The position numbers and the translations under genes are program-made. Under the pieces are notes generated by a model. It did no database searches. It saw only the letters and a list, made by a program, of their open reading frames with translations, and had not been told where the DNA came from. From positions 6,291,784-6,355,783 of the forward strand of contig JAUPSS010000004.1 in assembly GCA_040285825.1 (NCBI GenBank): a DNA stretch of 64,000 bases, read 5' to 3'. Position 1 is the stretch's first letter; each line of letters begins with the position of its first letter. Below are positions 1 to 10,939 of this stretch, piece by piece. Source of the stretch: Eukaryota sp. TZLM1-RC (Eukaryota; Protista; Metamonada: BaSk clade).

Positions 1-859
1 GAAATGGGACAAGATTTAGTTCAAATCAATTTACGGTCTTGTAATATCAGGAAATAAGTTATGAATAAAATCAATTGAATTTATATATGTTTGTACTCAA
101 ACCTAATCAACAAAACTTTGAAATCAGCATCTATCCTTCCCTTTCTGACCAGAACAGTTCTTCTGAAATTTGTTTTCTTGATATAGTACTAACAAATTGT
201 TGGTCCCACCTTTTGTCAAAGCTGAAAGAAGAACAAAGTGGGGAACTGTTTACTATTTTCAATACCATTTCAAAGAATTATAATTAAAAATTCTGCTTTG
301 GAATAAATGGCCAAAAATAAATAAATAGAATAGAATAGAATATACAACTTACTGTTTTTGGTGGTTCATTCATAGGTCTGAACTGGTTCGCACCGATGGT
401 TGCTTCTTGTATTCATTGAATGTCCATCACCAAAAAATGCGATATTGGCTACACGATTATTTTGCAAACAAATATTCTCTTCTTTTGTTAGCTGTGGCTA
501 AACGTGACTTTGCTTTTTGAGAAAGTGGATCACGTCATAGAACCGTGCACAAATAACAACACTTTTAGATCTCAATAAGCCACACGTGAGCAACCATTGA
601 AAAGAATATATTTGAGAACAACAAATCTGCTTGGAATTCTTATCTCACCACCATTCTTGCTTTTAGTTTTCTTCTCCTAGTTCATGCATTGAGTACAGTA
701 ATGGATTCATGTGATAAATGTTTTCAGATGTTGAGATTATGGAATATGTTGATTCAAGGTGCTCGTTCATGTTTATTTTTCAATTATTCGGAGTTTACGA
801 GTTTTCCAAAATCAACTCTGTGATAAATAGTTTCATTTAAAGGTAATTCTTTTCAACAT

Positions 860-1330
860 AAGCTTTTAAATCAACCCTTGGTTGGAAGCGGTTCAAGTTT
901 CAAACAATTTCAAATTGTGAACCGATCAGAAAAATGGAACAGTGTTTTCAATTTTAAAGGAACGGTAACATTAATTTCTGATTGGCTCCTTTGGTGGATT
1001 TTTAGAATCTCTGGTACTGAAATATTTCAATGCTGGAGAAATAGAATTTGAGAAAATAGAACCGTTTTTGTATATTTGATATTTTGTTTTATTGTTTAAT
1101 AAACATCTATTTAGTCCAAAAATTCCAAACTGAAATGACTGTCTTATTCGAAACAAAAAATCAATTGTTTCATTGAAAAATAGCATAAGACAGAACCCAC
1201 AGCAATTTGTATCTGTATTAGACTGAACTATGCATCGTGGAATACGTTGGCCGTGATGAAAGCACACTTAAATGGTGAGGACAGACCAGAATACCTGCAG
1301 AGAGCCAAGGTTGACAAAGGTTCAAAGAAA
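860..1330 (+). pseudogene. Decayed Fanzor (TnpB-like) C-terminal remnant
   Basis: 1220-1303 translates RLNYASWNTLAVMKAHLNGEDRPEYLQR, which aligns with the C-terminus of the Fanzor at 25189-25950 (RNKMACLNMLNVFDHWLSGEEGRPVYLR). Upstream broken frames give TLGWKRFKFQT, VTLISDW (cf. IGDW) and YFVLLFNKHLFSPKIP (cf. FQTVLIDESHTSSKCP). Boundaries are approximate. Confidence 0.55.
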
Positions 1331-1393
1331 AAAGTATCAAGAAGAAAATCTTCCATTTCTCAAAAACTCAGTCCCTCTACAAAAAAGGACACT

Positions 1394-1424
1394 TATTTCA
1401 TTGTTATAAACGATATCTGTTACA
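1394..1424 (+). promoter_or_regulatory. Pre-ATG motif class 1 (TATTYCMTKGTTWTARACRMTATCTGTNNNA)
   Basis: 21/31 positions are invariant with 30211-30241 and 45920-45950; each copy ends exactly at an ATG. Confidence 0.6.
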
Positions 1425-3221
1425 ATGACCGAAGCTCCATTGTTAACTGTGAACTTTCCCGATGCAACTGCTTCTCTTCTAGTAACAGATCCCCTCAACA
1501 AAATACATTTAACTTCTGATTCACAGATAAGAGGTTATGTTGACATCATTACTCATGATCATCTTGAGCATCCTCACTTAATATATGAATCTATTTCACA
1601 ATTTAAAGCTCTAACCCAACTGATAAACAATCCATCCACTGATATCGATCTTCTTCGTCCGCAAGTTTTACGTAGATCCCAGAAAGTGCGTGCCTTACTT
1701 GCTACAGCACTTACACGTGTTCAAGACGACCCTCTCAACCATCCTCTTCGATCGACCATCTCTTTATGGCATTGGGCTGAGATCTTCCTCCTTCATCCTC
1801 CGCATATCAAGATCTATGCAGAGCTCAGTCTATGGCTGCAGGCTGAACTACCGAGGTATGATGATGTTGATTTTGATGATCCCTCCTTTTCTTTAGCTTT
1901 GAAATCTCTTGTTCTATCTGGTCAATTCCTCGAAGCTTCTTTGCTTTGTGGACAATGTCAAGCCGAAGCTTGGCAGGGGGTCTCCTGGTTACTAGCTCAA
2001 AAAGGGTCAATAAAAGACAGGAAATCTGTTGACTTTTTCGAATGGCAACGTGATTTAGAAGCTTTTTCCAAGAAAATGGATTTTATTATTGGTGAAATTT
2101 CTGATGATGATTCTGATGACCTTGATCACATCACCAGTGATATACCAAAAGGGCAACTTTTGATCGAAATATTGGGGCTACTGGAGTGTGATCCCTCAGT
2201 GATCTCTTCTAGTCTGTCAGACCTGGGCCGAACTGATTGGATGAGCTGTTTGTCTTGCTACATTCTTTTGCATTCAGATGACATTTATCCATTCGAAATT
2301 AGAAGGACCCTTGACAAAATTTTACGCTTGTCAGATTTTTCGACTTTTATGCCTGATAATATGGAACCAGAAATTTCAAATTTTTGTCTTTCAGTCATTG
2401 ATCTTGACTGTTCAGGAACTTTATTGACCTCGCAAGAACTTCCATTTCGAGAATTTTTTAATTTATTTTTCTCTGGGTTTTTACATTTAATTCATCCAAA
2501 TTCTATTAATTTAGATACATTTTCTTACTATTCAATGATTTACGCTTCCACGCTATTTCCAATTGCACACAATGGTCGATGGTCGTTACTAGAACCATTT
2601 TTTAAATTTAAAAGTAATCCCTATAAGCAAAATTTGGATAGAATAATTCTAGAGTTTTCCAAACAAAAAACAGTGACTAAAAATTTGAAGCGAAGCCTAG
2701 TTATGAGCTCTATTGTGAGCTGTACATCGACACTTGACAAAATTTACCAAAATTTGGGTGGTCACTGTCTCGACCTTGATTATTTGTCTAGTGCAGCCCA
2801 TTTATTTACAATGGGGAAGAACCATGTAAAGGCTACGAATGCATACCGGAAAATTGGACTAGAAATTTCAAATTTAGTCTTTGCTGATTTTGATGGTGAC
2901 GTTGATAGTTCAAAATTAACACAGTTAAGCTCAATCAAGAAATTGATTGATGACAATGATTATCAGCCTGCTGCTGAGCTCTTTACAAAATATTTAGAAG
3001 ATCACGAGTTTGATAATTCAAACATTGAAGTGATTTTGGCACTTAGTTTACCCTTGTTAGAAGCTGAAAACTGCCTTTTGGACTCTTCAACGACTTTTAA
3101 ATTGATGGGTTTACTTCAAGCATTTGGACGATTGAATCCAAGTTTAGATGCAAAGTTTTTAAATTTACGGTTGGCTCTTTCTCGGAATCTATCCAGAAGC
3201 TTGAGTAAATTGTTTGAATAA
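1425..3221 (+). CDS. NUP85: Nucleoporin Nup85-like
   Basis: 598-aa ORF. LWHWAEIFLL...LSLWLQ and LKSLVLSGQFLEASLL resemble the Nup85 W..CEILF / LVLQG..EA..L motifs; the remainder is helical. Confidence 0.65.
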   Translation: MTEAPLLTVNFPDATASLLVTDPLNKIHLTSDSQIRGYVDIITHDHLEHPHLIYESISQFKALTQLINNPSTDIDLLRPQVLRRSQKVRALLATALTRVQDDPLNHPLRSTISLWHWAEIFLLHPPHIKIYAELSLWLQAELPRYDDVDFDDPSFSLALKSLVLSGQFLEASLLCGQCQAEAWQGVSWLLAQKGSIKDRKSVDFFEWQRDLEAFSKKMDFIIGEISDDDSDDLDHITSDIPKGQLLIEILGLLECDPSVISSSLSDLGRTDWMSCLSCYILLHSDDIYPFEIRRTLDKILRLSDFSTFMPDNMEPEISNFCLSVIDLDCSGTLLTSQELPFREFFNLFFSGFLHLIHPNSINLDTFSYYSMIYASTLFPIAHNGRWSLLEPFFKFKSNPYKQNLDRIILEFSKQKTVTKNLKRSLVMSSIVSCTSTLDKIYQNLGGHCLDLDYLSSAAHLFTMGKNHVKATNAYRKIGLEISNLVFADFDGDVDSSKLTQLSSIKKLIDDNDYQPAAELFTKYLEDHEFDNSNIEVILALSLPLLEAENCLLDSSTTFKLMGLLQAFGRLNPSLDAKFLNLRLALSRNLSRSLSKLFE

Positions 3222-3472
3222 ATATAAAATACATAAAATGATTTTGATTCATTAATTGTTTATGCTTTTGTTTTGTATTTATTTGAATTAATTAAATCAA
3301 TTTATTTCTTTATTAGCTTTTAATTGAAGTTCAAAACTGTAACTGCAAAATAATGTTGCAATAAACTGATACAATTATCAGTTTAACACTAAAAGAAATG
3401 CTGTAACATCCATAATTAAATGATTCAAAAAACACAAAAAATTTATAAAATATACAACTTACACATTTAAAT

Positions 3473-6400
3473 CTATACTTCTTCTTCACCACCCTCAACT
3501 TGCGGGGTAGAAATCTGGGCAAGTGATCTTGAAATTTCTACATCATCGGGATTTTCTTCAAGCGGCTGGTCCACTTCTTCAGGGTCTTCAGCTTCCTTTG
3601 CTTCACTAGCAAGCTCATCTTCTACAAGAGCAATTTGTTGCAAGACCACCGTCTCATTACCAGACTTGAGAGTATCAATCAATGATCTGCATTTTTGTTG
3701 AGTTGAGGTTGGAATTTCGCCAACCACCAACATTCGTTGAATCTTCTTGACCAAATCATGCTCTATGAACAACCGAGAAACTGTATTGACATCACATCCA
3801 ATTACTTTGATAGCCAAGGTTAACAGAGAATCAGTAAATGAATCAAGCTGATCAACTTGCTGGGCAATTGTAATAGCCAATGGTTCGGCGGACTTTTTGG
3901 AGAGGCCTGAAGCTACTAATGTCAATAATGAAATCGCCTTCTTGATGAAATCTTCAGTGTGATCAGCAGAAATGAAAGCTTTCAAAACTTCAACTTTATG
4001 GACATCCTTGGCGAAGAATTGAGCGGCTGATTGAGTACTAGAGAAGAGCTTTTGAAGGGCAGACATTGCCGTCAAAAGATTATCGTGGAACTTCTCTTTA
4101 ATTTCTTCATCAGCATTGGAAAGCTTGACCCTATTCTTTTCGATATAGAAAATGATAGAATCGCAGAAGAAATTGGAATTTTTGATAGGATATTCGTCTT
4201 CCTTGACGTAATTTTCAAGGTAAATTCCACAAATGCAGATGTACTTGTCTAGCTCATCATATTGAACTCTATCAAATAGCACAATTTCTTTCCTTCCGTC
4301 AGCAATCCATTCGCGATGCAAATCAACAAGGTAATTAGCTAATTGTTCTCTACATGGGGCAGTGAAAATAATTGTTGGAGAGTAATGGTCTTGATTGTAG
4401 AAGTTTTGGAAAGCACTTGGTTTTCTTTCGAGTAAGGCTGAAATAATGGTTTCTGGCACAATTTTGGTAATTTCTGGTTTAACTTCTTCAGACAATTGAG
4501 AATCCTTTAACAAAGAGGCAAGAATTCCAGCAGCCTTGGTCTGGGAAGCAGAAGAGCCTACAACCTTGGTTTGTCCGAATAAATGAAGTGCAACTACGAA
4601 TAAAAGGGAGTTCTTGAGCAAAACAGAAGCAATTGTGGTGGATTTAGTAACAAAAAGATCAATTGTCAACAATGCTGACTCATAGAGAGTAGGGACATCT
4701 GTTGTTGCTAATTTTAGTAACAACAACCATGAATTTGGAGAGATTTGTTCAAATTCGGTAAGTGATTCAGAAATTTCGATAAGAGCTGATATTAATTTTA
4801 AGCAGTATTCGGATAGATCTTGATCACCTACAGAGCAACATTCTAAAACTACTTCAATGGTGGACGACTTTCTGACAACAGACGGAATGGCACTTTGGTG
4901 TTGATGTTTAATAAAGTTATAGAAAGTTCTCAACAAAAGGGAAAGTTGACGTGATTTGATTGTCGACTGTAAAGTTCCATTGAGCACCGTATTAACCATT
5001 GCTAATAATTCAGTAATAAATTCAGCTGGTTTGGGAATAGTAAAGGAAGGATCTTTGTTGAAGAGTCGGCAAAACACTTCACCAATTCGTAATTCGGCAA
5101 TGTGAGCTTCATAGTCTATTTTAGTAGTAAAATCTTTACCTTCTTCAATGTTTTTCAATTGACTATCCAGGAAAGTCATCAATTCTGATCTAGTTTCAGA
5201 ATTCCAATAAACCAAGGGATTCATTGTCTCAGTCGTCAACATTGAACAGAATTCAGCAGTTGGGGTTTTTGCTAGAAGGGAGGCAAAATGACAGGTGAAT
5301 AAAGATTTAAATAGTTCAACACCAACAGGGAATTTGGCAAACTCTAATAGACCTTCAGCAACGGATTCCTTTAATTGAGAGGGAGAAGATGGGTCCAAGA
5401 TAAAGCGAATCATTCTAAGGGGTAGACCAAACTGATAGATATGACTAGAAAGTTCATTATAAGAGCACAGTTTAACAACCAATTTTACAATATCCTTGAA
5501 TAATGATTCTTCTTTTGGAATATTCGAAAACAGTTGTGACAAAGACGCAACAAGGGGACTGAGTGAGTCATCAGAAAGCGAATCAGAAACACTTGATTTT
5601 GATTGGATAATTGATTGAGTGACGATGTCAGCAATGCAATGGATGACCTCACCAGAAAGGGGGTTGGATAGATTAGTTGTGTAGTAAGAGAGAAGCTTAC
5701 AGAGACTGGAAACACCACCTTCTTGAATGAAATTGAGGATGTTTTGCTGGGTTGACTTGGAAGGATCGACAAAATCAATCAAAATGATTGATTTGATTGT
5801 GTCTATTGATGGACTGACAAGGTTTGGATGAGCTAATGAGCCATTAGAATTGATTGACAGGAATGAAACCAAAAATTTCATAATTGAATTTGAAATACTT
5901 GAAAAAAGACCATTCTTGTCAGGTCTTCCAAATTCTTCCACAATCATTTTGATTGTAATCACTATCCAACAATATTGATCATCACTTAGCTTGGGATTTG
6001 TTTCAATATACTCAATAATTGCCTCAAACAAACCATGAGCATCCTCAATTCCAGAATCAACAAATTTCGAACACTTGACCAAATTGCGTAAAAAGATACC
6101 ATTAATAATGACTTCTTTTTTAAATGAAGGATATTCAAAATCAGTGGGGGAAACATAATCAGTACATCCCTTATTAAGGAAAGAATATTGCTCAACTCTG
6201 GTATTGAGGTATTTGAGTAAATGGCTTCTAGTAGAATCACTCCAAACTAGGGAAGCGGTATCAGTATCAGAATTAAACAACTCGAAATAATTGGAGATTT
6301 GTTCATCCAAAACATCAGCAGAGGAGTTTTTAACCAGATTTAAAGATTTAATTAATTTCAATGGCAAATAAATATTCAAATGCTTGGTTAACAATGAACA

Positions 6401-9400
6401 AACCTGTGAAAGAGTAACAACTGCACTAGTACGATGTTCGTCTTGGAACATATTAAATAGTAAAAATTCCACCAATCCTGATTTAATTAAAGCATCAGAA
6501 GAAGAAATTCCGGCAGTGACAATGTTTGAAATAATTTCAAATGTCAAGTCAACAATTCGAGAATCTGAAACAGAAAAAAGCGCAACAATTCGTGATAAAT
6601 TAGTCAACTTCAGGATGGATCTAAAAGCTGGTGATGGCGGGTAGAAAACCACTTTATTGGTTGAATCTGTCGAGTTAACCTTGCACAATTGCTGAATTGT
6701 CTTAGTGAGTGAATAGCTTGAATCAGGGAGGGTATTTGAAATTAATAACTCGTACATGCAGTCCAAAAGAGCGGTCACGCCATCAATAGAGACTGTAAAG
6801 GCAGATAAATTGTTGGGAATAAGAGTGGAAATTTCAAAAAATTGGATTAGTTCAATTAAATAACCACCTTCTGCCTTAGTTAAATGAGGAATTAAATACT
6901 TAATTTCAGGTAATTTAGTGGTATAAGAACCGGATTTACTAGACTTTTCTACCGCTATTTTCATTAGGACTGTCATGGCAGATATAATAACAATAGCATT
7001 TTCGGAATTTAATTCCACCAAACATAATTTGTGAAAAGATTCTGTTAATAATTTCTGAATAATATCCAAAGACAAATCCAAATCAGTAGATTTAATTGTA
7101 GATAAATAGAAACCAGAAACTTGAACATTTGATTCCAAAGAAGATAACTCCAGATAATAGTCCTTTGAATTCCAAATTAATTCTACATCGTCAGATATAT
7201 CTCTGGTCGCAGTGTAAAAACCATTAATTTCTGCTGATAATCTGTCAATTAATTCAGATTTCACTACAGGATTAATTATCAAAGTGGGAGCCGCAAAATA
7301 GCCAGACAATACCTCCACTAATTTGTTCCAATCCAAGTTAATTGGGGCTGGTGGATTGTAAATAATTTCAAATATTCTGGAAGGAGAAGGTGGAACAGTA
7401 CCATTTTGGATAAGGGTGGCTATAAAAGCAGGAGGGACAGTCTTCATTAAAACCGTAAAAGCTTGGACGTTGTTGAGGGTGATGGTTTGGGCTAAATGGA
7501 CTAGATCAGAATTCAACTTGGGAATTGGAGAATATAGAATTAAATTCTTCAAAATAGACAAATAGCCTACTGACAATAGAGAATAACGCTTTGCTTCTGT
7601 CAGCAAATCAGGATATGAAGAGATCAGAAAAACCAACATTTGAGTCGTGGTATGAACAACATTGACTGAAACATGAGTGAGAAGGGAGAAATAATTAGGA
7701 ATAACAGAAATTGTATTTTGAATTAGCTCAAGATTTTGACGTTCTTTCTTGGCATTAGGAATTACTTTTCTTATAGTTAAAGCAATGTCAATTAAACCGC
7801 TAATAACCAGAGCGGATGCTGAACCAGATCTAATCACGTTGGAAAATAAATCTAAAACACCCTGTTCAAGGAAAATCTTTCCAATTCTTTTGGTTTCATT
7901 AACTTTTCCCTTTTCGAGCAGGAATAGTCTACCTAAAATTAAATCAGCAGAAAACACTCTGACCAAAAGGGATGTCGACTGTAAAAGCTTCATTAAGGTT
8001 TCAACATGGGCTTCAGTGATGTCCTTAGGAGCTGAATCTAGGGAAAACAAAAAGGAGGAAATTGAGAGAGTTTTCACCAACATTTGGGGTAGTAAGTGGT
8101 CAAAAGTGCCTGGGAAAGTGTCAGAAACACTCAGCAACCAGTCAATCAAGGTAAAAACCTTGGAAACTGCTCCTTTATGGGACTTGGTACGGCAGGAATC
8201 AAACGTGAAAGCATCTAATAAAGTTAATTGGTGATCAATTCTACCAAATAAACTCTCAATTTCTCCAGAATTATCTTTATCTAATTGAGGCAAAGACATT
8301 ATCAATCCAAAAAACGGTCTAAATAAAGGTTCCTCAAAGTTCTTCATCAAATCTTGTTCTGGTGGAGAAAACATAAGAGGCGATTCTAATGAAGGTAATG
8401 GTAATGAACAGATTCTGGAGTTCTTCTTCCATGGGCTGTAACGTAACAACGAACTTCCCAAGCAATGGAAATAGCAAATAGTGCTGGTGAACGCATCTGC
8501 AGAATCAGGTGAGGTAATGATAGAAATAGGAGCATCACAGGATCTTTGAATGGTAACAAGTACATTATTACCAACTTTGCGCTGACAAATGGAAACAATT
8601 GATGCATAAGAATAGCAACCAATTGTGTGGTGCAAAACTGTCTCAGCATATTCAAAAACTGCGGTTACCAAGCCCTTCTCTGAGGAATCTGGTGAGCATT
8701 CAACTAAATGGGTGGGAGAGATCAAAAAGGCACGTGAGTTTTGATCCATTACGTCATCAGACACGTCATCTGGAATATTAAACGTGTGAAAGTTTGGTTT
8801 TCCGGCATTCAAGGCCAGTACAATAGAATCTCCAGCAATTTCAACCTTGGGAATAACCAAATCAGTATCAATAGTTTCGTAGTCAGGGGTCAATCCTAGT
8901 TGAGAAATACAGATATCTCGACAGTGTTGAGCAATAGTTTCAGATTGTTCAGCCTTGAAAAGGAGGGACTTACCAGAGGCGAAGGTGAGGATAAGCTTGT
9001 TCTTGTCAGCAGAGGAGAGCTTTATGGAAATGAGGAAAGAGAGGGGGAGAGGTTCATTGGTAATAGAAGCCGAAGGACCATGGAACTTGAGAGTATCTTC
9101 TTTGAATGACTCATTGTTAGTGGAAACCTCTACAGAAAACTCAATGGGTTCAGACGGGTGATGGGCGAGAATGGCTCGTTGAAGGTCGAAAAGGAGATGT
9201 TGACGGTCAGTGGTGGAGTAACAATGATGCTCTTCCATGACTATTTTCCCTTTGTGATTCTTGACGTGGAGGATGACGCCAGCTGGATTGGACAGCGAGG
9301 GTGTGGCCTGAACTAAAGAGTCCAGTTTAACCTGGGATTTGAGGTCTGGACTTTCATCATCAGCAACAAAGTCAATGTGGGATTCACGGAGAAACAGGAT

Positions 9401-9451
9401 ACGCTTTGTGCGCTTCTTGTGTTTGACGGCATATTTAGCTAAAACAGACAT
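3473..9451 (-). CDS. RME8: RME-8/DNAJC13-like endosomal protein with degenerate J-domain
   Basis: 1992 aa. IWN-type repeats (PTLIINP...LIWN, TASLVWSDSTR, NPLVYWNSETRSEL, SPTIIFTAPCREQL), each followed by a typical block such as ELRIGEVFCRLFNKDPSFTIPKPAEF. RPDKN sits at the J-domain position. Confidence 0.8.
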   Translation of the reverse strand: MSVLAKYAVKHKKRTKRILFLRESHIDFVADDESPDLKSQVKLDSLVQATPSLSNPAGVILHVKNHKGKIVMEEHHCYSTTDRQHLLFDLQRAILAHHPSEPIEFSVEVSTNNESFKEDTLKFHGPSASITNEPLPLSFLISIKLSSADKNKLILTFASGKSLLFKAEQSETIAQHCRDICISQLGLTPDYETIDTDLVIPKVEIAGDSIVLALNAGKPNFHTFNIPDDVSDDVMDQNSRAFLISPTHLVECSPDSSEKGLVTAVFEYAETVLHHTIGCYSYASIVSICQRKVGNNVLVTIQRSCDAPISIITSPDSADAFTSTICYFHCLGSSLLRYSPWKKNSRICSLPLPSLESPLMFSPPEQDLMKNFEEPLFRPFFGLIMSLPQLDKDNSGEIESLFGRIDHQLTLLDAFTFDSCRTKSHKGAVSKVFTLIDWLLSVSDTFPGTFDHLLPQMLVKTLSISSFLFSLDSAPKDITEAHVETLMKLLQSTSLLVRVFSADLILGRLFLLEKGKVNETKRIGKIFLEQGVLDLFSNVIRSGSASALVISGLIDIALTIRKVIPNAKKERQNLELIQNTISVIPNYFSLLTHVSVNVVHTTTQMLVFLISSYPDLLTEAKRYSLLSVGYLSILKNLILYSPIPKLNSDLVHLAQTITLNNVQAFTVLMKTVPPAFIATLIQNGTVPPSPSRIFEIIYNPPAPINLDWNKLVEVLSGYFAAPTLIINPVVKSELIDRLSAEINGFYTATRDISDDVELIWNSKDYYLELSSLESNVQVSGFYLSTIKSTDLDLSLDIIQKLLTESFHKLCLVELNSENAIVIISAMTVLMKIAVEKSSKSGSYTTKLPEIKYLIPHLTKAEGGYLIELIQFFEISTLIPNNLSAFTVSIDGVTALLDCMYELLISNTLPDSSYSLTKTIQQLCKVNSTDSTNKVVFYPPSPAFRSILKLTNLSRIVALFSVSDSRIVDLTFEIISNIVTAGISSSDALIKSGLVEFLLFNMFQDEHRTSAVVTLSQVCSLLTKHLNIYLPLKLIKSLNLVKNSSADVLDEQISNYFELFNSDTDTASLVWSDSTRSHLLKYLNTRVEQYSFLNKGCTDYVSPTDFEYPSFKKEVIINGIFLRNLVKCSKFVDSGIEDAHGLFEAIIEYIETNPKLSDDQYCWIVITIKMIVEEFGRPDKNGLFSSISNSIMKFLVSFLSINSNGSLAHPNLVSPSIDTIKSIILIDFVDPSKSTQQNILNFIQEGGVSSLCKLLSYYTTNLSNPLSGEVIHCIADIVTQSIIQSKSSVSDSLSDDSLSPLVASLSQLFSNIPKEESLFKDIVKLVVKLCSYNELSSHIYQFGLPLRMIRFILDPSSPSQLKESVAEGLLEFAKFPVGVELFKSLFTCHFASLLAKTPTAEFCSMLTTETMNPLVYWNSETRSELMTFLDSQLKNIEEGKDFTTKIDYEAHIAELRIGEVFCRLFNKDPSFTIPKPAEFITELLAMVNTVLNGTLQSTIKSRQLSLLLRTFYNFIKHQHQSAIPSVVRKSSTIEVVLECCSVGDQDLSEYCLKLISALIEISESLTEFEQISPNSWLLLLKLATTDVPTLYESALLTIDLFVTKSTTIASVLLKNSLLFVVALHLFGQTKVVGSSASQTKAAGILASLLKDSQLSEEVKPEITKIVPETIISALLERKPSAFQNFYNQDHYSPTIIFTAPCREQLANYLVDLHREWIADGRKEIVLFDRVQYDELDKYICICGIYLENYVKEDEYPIKNSNFFCDSIIFYIEKNRVKLSNADEEIKEKFHDNLLTAMSALQKLFSSTQSAAQFFAKDVHKVEVLKAFISADHTEDFIKKAISLLTLVASGLSKKSAEPLAITIAQQVDQLDSFTDSLLTLAIKVIGCDVNTVSRLFIEHDLVKKIQRMLVVGEIPTSTQQKCRSLIDTLKSGNETVVLQQIALVEDELASEAKEAEDPEEVDQPLEENPDDVEISRSLAQISTPQVEGGEEEV

Positions 9452-9478
9452 GGGCTAGCAGCACAAAAATGGCAAATA
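9452..9478 (-). promoter_or_regulatory. Pre-ATG motif class 2 (TATTnnnCRTTnnTKTGCWRYTAGCYS)
   Basis: 19/27 identity to the sequences immediately upstream of the ATGs at 17998 and 53994 (minus strand), with the same spacing. Confidence 0.5.
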
Positions 9479-9506
9479 GTATTAATTCGTGAGATTACTG
9501 AATGAA

Positions 9507-9847
9507 TTCTATATATTTATTGAATTTGCACACTTGATTAAATTAAATCATAACTAATGGGACGACTATCATTAAACCAAGATTTCCTCTACAAAATCTT
9601 GATTTGCTTGCTGTCTAGCTAAAGCTTCTCTAATTCGATTGAAAAACCGCGGTAATCTATTAATAATGGCAAATTGAATCCGTGAACGCCATAAAAAAAT
9701 ATCAAATCTTTTCATTGTTTTTTCTTTCACCATTTTTTGGAAGTCAGCCAAAAAAGTTTCTGCTTCAACTGATAATCTTCCATTTATCGAAAATGGGAAA
9801 GCAATAAAAACCAGCTGTGTATTTCTATCGACATTTGCATCTTCAAA
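9507..9847 (-). mobile_element. CRE-clade non-LTR retrotransposon family A, 5'-truncated copy A1
   Basis: Near-identical to the 3' ends of the other family A copies. TSD TGAATGAA at 9499-9506 and 9848-9855. Confidence 0.9.
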
Positions 9848-9865
9848 TGAATGAAATGAATCAAG

Positions 9866-10295
9866 TGGATTTGTTAAACTTGAGGGCTTTCGTTTCCTTT
9901 AAAATACTGATTTTACAACCTGAATCATTTTAAGATCAGCATTGACATTACGATTCCATAGTCATCCACACTTCTTGCAAGTGAGTAATCCATGTCTAAG
10001 GACCGTTGGAGTCTTTGCTCTATTGTGTGGACTTAAGCATTTGATGTTTCTTTACATTTTCACCTTCTTTCCCCTCAAGCACACATGTATGACATCAATT
10101 TCTTGTTCTTTATTAATCCAGTAGCAATAGACGGAAGTTGCATTTTTTAAATAACCAACATTCTTTGTAGGTGCTTTTTGCCTAAAATTGGTTTGCTTCC
10201 AATCACCCATCAATACAATGTTATCTTCTGGACCTCCAAACATATTTTAAAATTCATTCATCCATTTTGCTTCAAAACATTTAGCAAAAAAAGAC
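9866..10295 (-). pseudogene. Fanzor1-like nuclease remnant (RuvC/zinc-finger C-terminal part)
   Basis: Broken frames read EAKWMNEF*NMFGGPEDNIVLMGDWKQ...APTKNVG, LLLLD**RTRN*CHTC and LRHGLLTCKKCG*LWNRNVNADLKM...GNESP. Flanked by ATG(A/G)ATCAAG direct repeats at 9856-9865 and 10296-10305. Confidence 0.8.
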
Positions 10296-10939
10296 ATGGA
10301 TCAAGATTTATTTTTTATCGTTATATTCATTATATTTATCAAGATTAAAATTTTAATTGTTGAAAATTATAGTTAACCACAAGATGTATTTGTTTTTTTC
10401 GATGTTCTAGGGATTGATGTGATTATTTTCTGATGTTATTTTTAATTTCTGATTCATTTTCAACTTTTGGTAGATCCTCTGAATGTCTAGAATGTTCTCT
10501 GAGTGTCAATTGTTTTGATGTTGGAGAGGAATTTTAGTTTAGTGTAGTGATGCTTAGTTATTGTTGATAAATGAACAAATTCTGATTAGCAAAATAGTTC
10601 TTGTTGTTAACAAAGCTCAACTGATGGCCACAGGTTGTGTTCCAATTGTAGTGATTGGATAATTAAGCCGTTGTTTGTAAGGGGTTGTTATATTTCTATG
10701 CATAGTTTCAAAAGTCAGCACGCTACGGTTTGCCAATAAGGTTGAATTTCAATTGATGTAGAATATTTCAAGTATATTTCTCAAGGAAAAAATGGAGATT
10801 TACGATGAAACATAATGTTGATTTTTTGCAACAAAAAAGACCGAAAGTGTTTTTGTTGCTATTGAAGAGCAATAGCGGAAAACCTAAACCAAACCATTTA
10901 TATTTCAATTTTTCCAAACTAAAAGATCTTTATCGATCA

